Assembly: GCA_950097015.1 (NCBI GenBank) | Contig: CATNEN010000014.1 | Location: forward strand, 2,232,001 to 2,296,000 | Source: Macrostomum hystrix | Taxonomy: Eukaryota; Animalia; Platyhelminthes | Length of the DNA: 64,000 nt | Direction of reading: 5' to 3' | In this document: piece by piece, positions 61,990 through 64,000 of the stretch | How positions within the stretch are numbered: the stretch's first letter is position 1 | How the letters are laid out: each line of letters begins with the position of its first letter | Position numbers and translations under genes: made by a program | Notes under the pieces: generated by a model | What the model was told of the DNA's origin: nothing | The model's database searches: none | The model's input: only the letters and a program-made list of their open reading frames with translations

Positions 61990-62805
61990 AAATCCTTGCC
62001 TTCAGCTCCTGTGCCACAGAGCTGAATGCCAGGGACACGAGAGGAGAGACTATCTTCATCCACTCTGACAGCCAAGCGGCCTTGCCATACCACCACGTGC
62101 TCCCGGACAGTCGCTGACTGTGCCCGGCAACTCAACCTCCTGGCTCGTAGCAACACGGTCAGGCTGAGCTGGATCCCAGGGCATGCGGGCTTCCCAGGGA
62201 ACACCCTAGCGGACACCCTTGCCAAGCGGGGTGGTTCTGACTCTCTCCTGGCCCTGCTCCCCTGGTCCCGATCCCCACCACGGTCATGAATCGCAAAATT
62301 GATGACTGGGCTGAGTCCCTCCAACGGGTCAGATGGGCGGCACCCAGAACTGTCGGCAATCCCGTGCCGCAGTTCCGCGCCCGTCTCGCAGGCTAAGGAA
62401 CATCCTTCTGAGCCACAACCGGAAGGATATCCGCGCCCTCGCCAGGCACTGCGGCGACCTTCCTCCGGGGCGACCTAGAGAGCGAACTTTGCTCATTTTG
62501 CGAGTACGACCACGAAGATGCTGAACACTTTGTGTGTCACTGCCCTTTCTTTAACAGAGACCGGCTACGCTACCTCGGGCCCAACCCGTCTATGGACTAG
62601 GTTTGCCAGCCCGACAGCGTTCCACGTCCAGTTCCTCTGGGCGACAAGACGAGCCACGTTCTTCCCTGCGCACGACGGACCGGCGGACCACCCTGACCGG
62701 CCCCGCGCCATCGCCTGTCTGCGGGCCTACAGGGTTAGCGGTATGGGCGACCTCGCCTCCTCGCTGTGTCCATGGACCACCCTGCAGCTAAGTGAAGTAA
62801 GTCAA
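61990..62805 (+). mobile_element. Degenerate 3' fragment of a LOA/R1/I-group non-LTR retrotransposon
   Basis: Frameshifted RNase H (IFIHSDSQAAL; WIPGHAGFPGNTLADTLAKRG), C-x2-C-x8-H-x4-C knuckle (CSFCEYDHEDAEHFVCHC) and an aagtaagt-type tail. Confidence 0.8.
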
Positions 62806-63249
62806 GAGTCGTGACTTAATCTCGAGTCTTGCTGGGATTCCAATGATTCCAATGAGAGGGTCACGGCTAAATAACTAACTCTTGAACTAGTTATCTGTAC
62901 ATATACTCGTATTTCAATGCTTTATTATTTGCTTCAACTGCTTTCTATACAAGAGCAGGTCACAAGGTCGCAAGGTCACAAGGTTGATTTCTCCATTCGG
63001 AATTCTCGTCTATTTATAGTGGTTTGTGGATTAAAGTATACAACAAATGAACTGAATATTAATTATTATATCGCACATTCAAACAAACATAGTATTATAA
63101 AATAGTATTGGCACGAATTGAACCCTCGGAACTTCGAAAAATACTTTATCGGAGACTACGATCCAAACATACTTACTACGGACGACCAAGACTTATTGCT
63201 GAGCGTTGGTGCTGAGCGTAACCCGTACGCATTCTGAGAGTTGCGATCG

Positions 63250-63600
63250 ACCAGAAGTATACTCAACCAAACGAAGTTGTTCACATCAACAGTGAGGCCA
63301 ATCCTGAGCGATGTCACGTTCGCTTGTTGAGTTTTTATGCAGATCAGGCCTGGACAGAGTCAACAGATATTATCTTCTGCCTCTCAAGCAACCAACGGCG
63401 AAACAACGGTACTCGAATCGACCGGTTGGCAAGAATTTCCCACTCTGTCAAAGTTTGTCGCTGGAATGTGCACAAAATATCCGGCAACATGACTAATCAC
63501 TGCAGTCTACGAGCTACTTGTGCCCCTAGTCTCGGACAGGCCACAGAAGTCTGGTTAGGAGTCGCAAGCGGACCTCGGACAATTAAATCGCCAGCTCGTC
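63250..63600 (+). pseudogene. Crypton-type (DUF3504) tyrosine recombinase remnant
   Basis: Across frameshifts: NPERCHVRLLSFY, YYLLPLKQP...YSNRPVGKN and TNH(C)SLRAT, in the order expected for Crypton recombinases. Confidence 0.62.
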
Positions 63601-64000
63601 GGCCGTCGTGGACACAAAAATCCTACGTGAGGCAGTGAAAGACTCTAGCAACTAACATCGTGTCTCCTTTCTGATTGGAACAGACCTAACTATTGTTAAG
63701 TATTCTTGTTATATAGCAAAGATAGCAACTTCCAACCCTGTGTTTTATATAAATGAACATCCTGAAAAGGGCCAGCGACTAAGTGGAGGGATTTTAGGAA
63801 TAGGCTAGCCGAATCGCACTTAATAAGTGTAGACGCTATCGATTTAAAAAATAGATTTATGGGGAAACCCGACTCAATTGGAAGCGCATGTCCGCTCTCT
63901 ATATTCCATCTCTCTGGCTTTCGGTAAGTGATTTTAAAGATCGATTTTTTATCGCACGTCGCATTTATTGGGTCATAAATATAAAGAAACTATAAATAGA

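Overview
Eukaryotic (metazoan) genomic DNA. GC-rich, poly-Ala-rich exons, introns and UTRs filled with 15-49 bp minisatellites, and splice acceptors just upstream of start codons point to a flatworm such as Macrostomum (inferred, not searched). Nine host genes could be assembled by hand with phase-consistent GT-AG junctions: a secreted tyrosinase, ZNF207/BuGZ, TADA3, an ankyrin/SOCS-box protein, AGK, a C2H2 zinc-finger protein, RPL32, an otopetrin and a membrane-anchored UPF0489/C5orf22-like protein. Mobile DNA comprises one intact young Ty3/Gypsy element (two 384-bp LTRs with no differences seen, TATA target-site duplication, tRNA-Leu primer site, GGGAAAC slippery site plus predicted pseudoknot), four copies of a tRNA-derived SINE, other SINE-like heads, two MITE-like elements, and remnants of a LOA/R1-like LINE, a Merlin transposase and a Crypton recombinase. 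The most notable signals are an AGK gene with no genomic ATG, whose start is probably supplied by a spliced-leader AUG; exons bracketed by inverted repeats; an intronic array of about 58 CAG|GT splice-like units; and a predicted type II membrane ureohydrolase-like protein. All alignments, folds and counts were done by eye and no database search was run.
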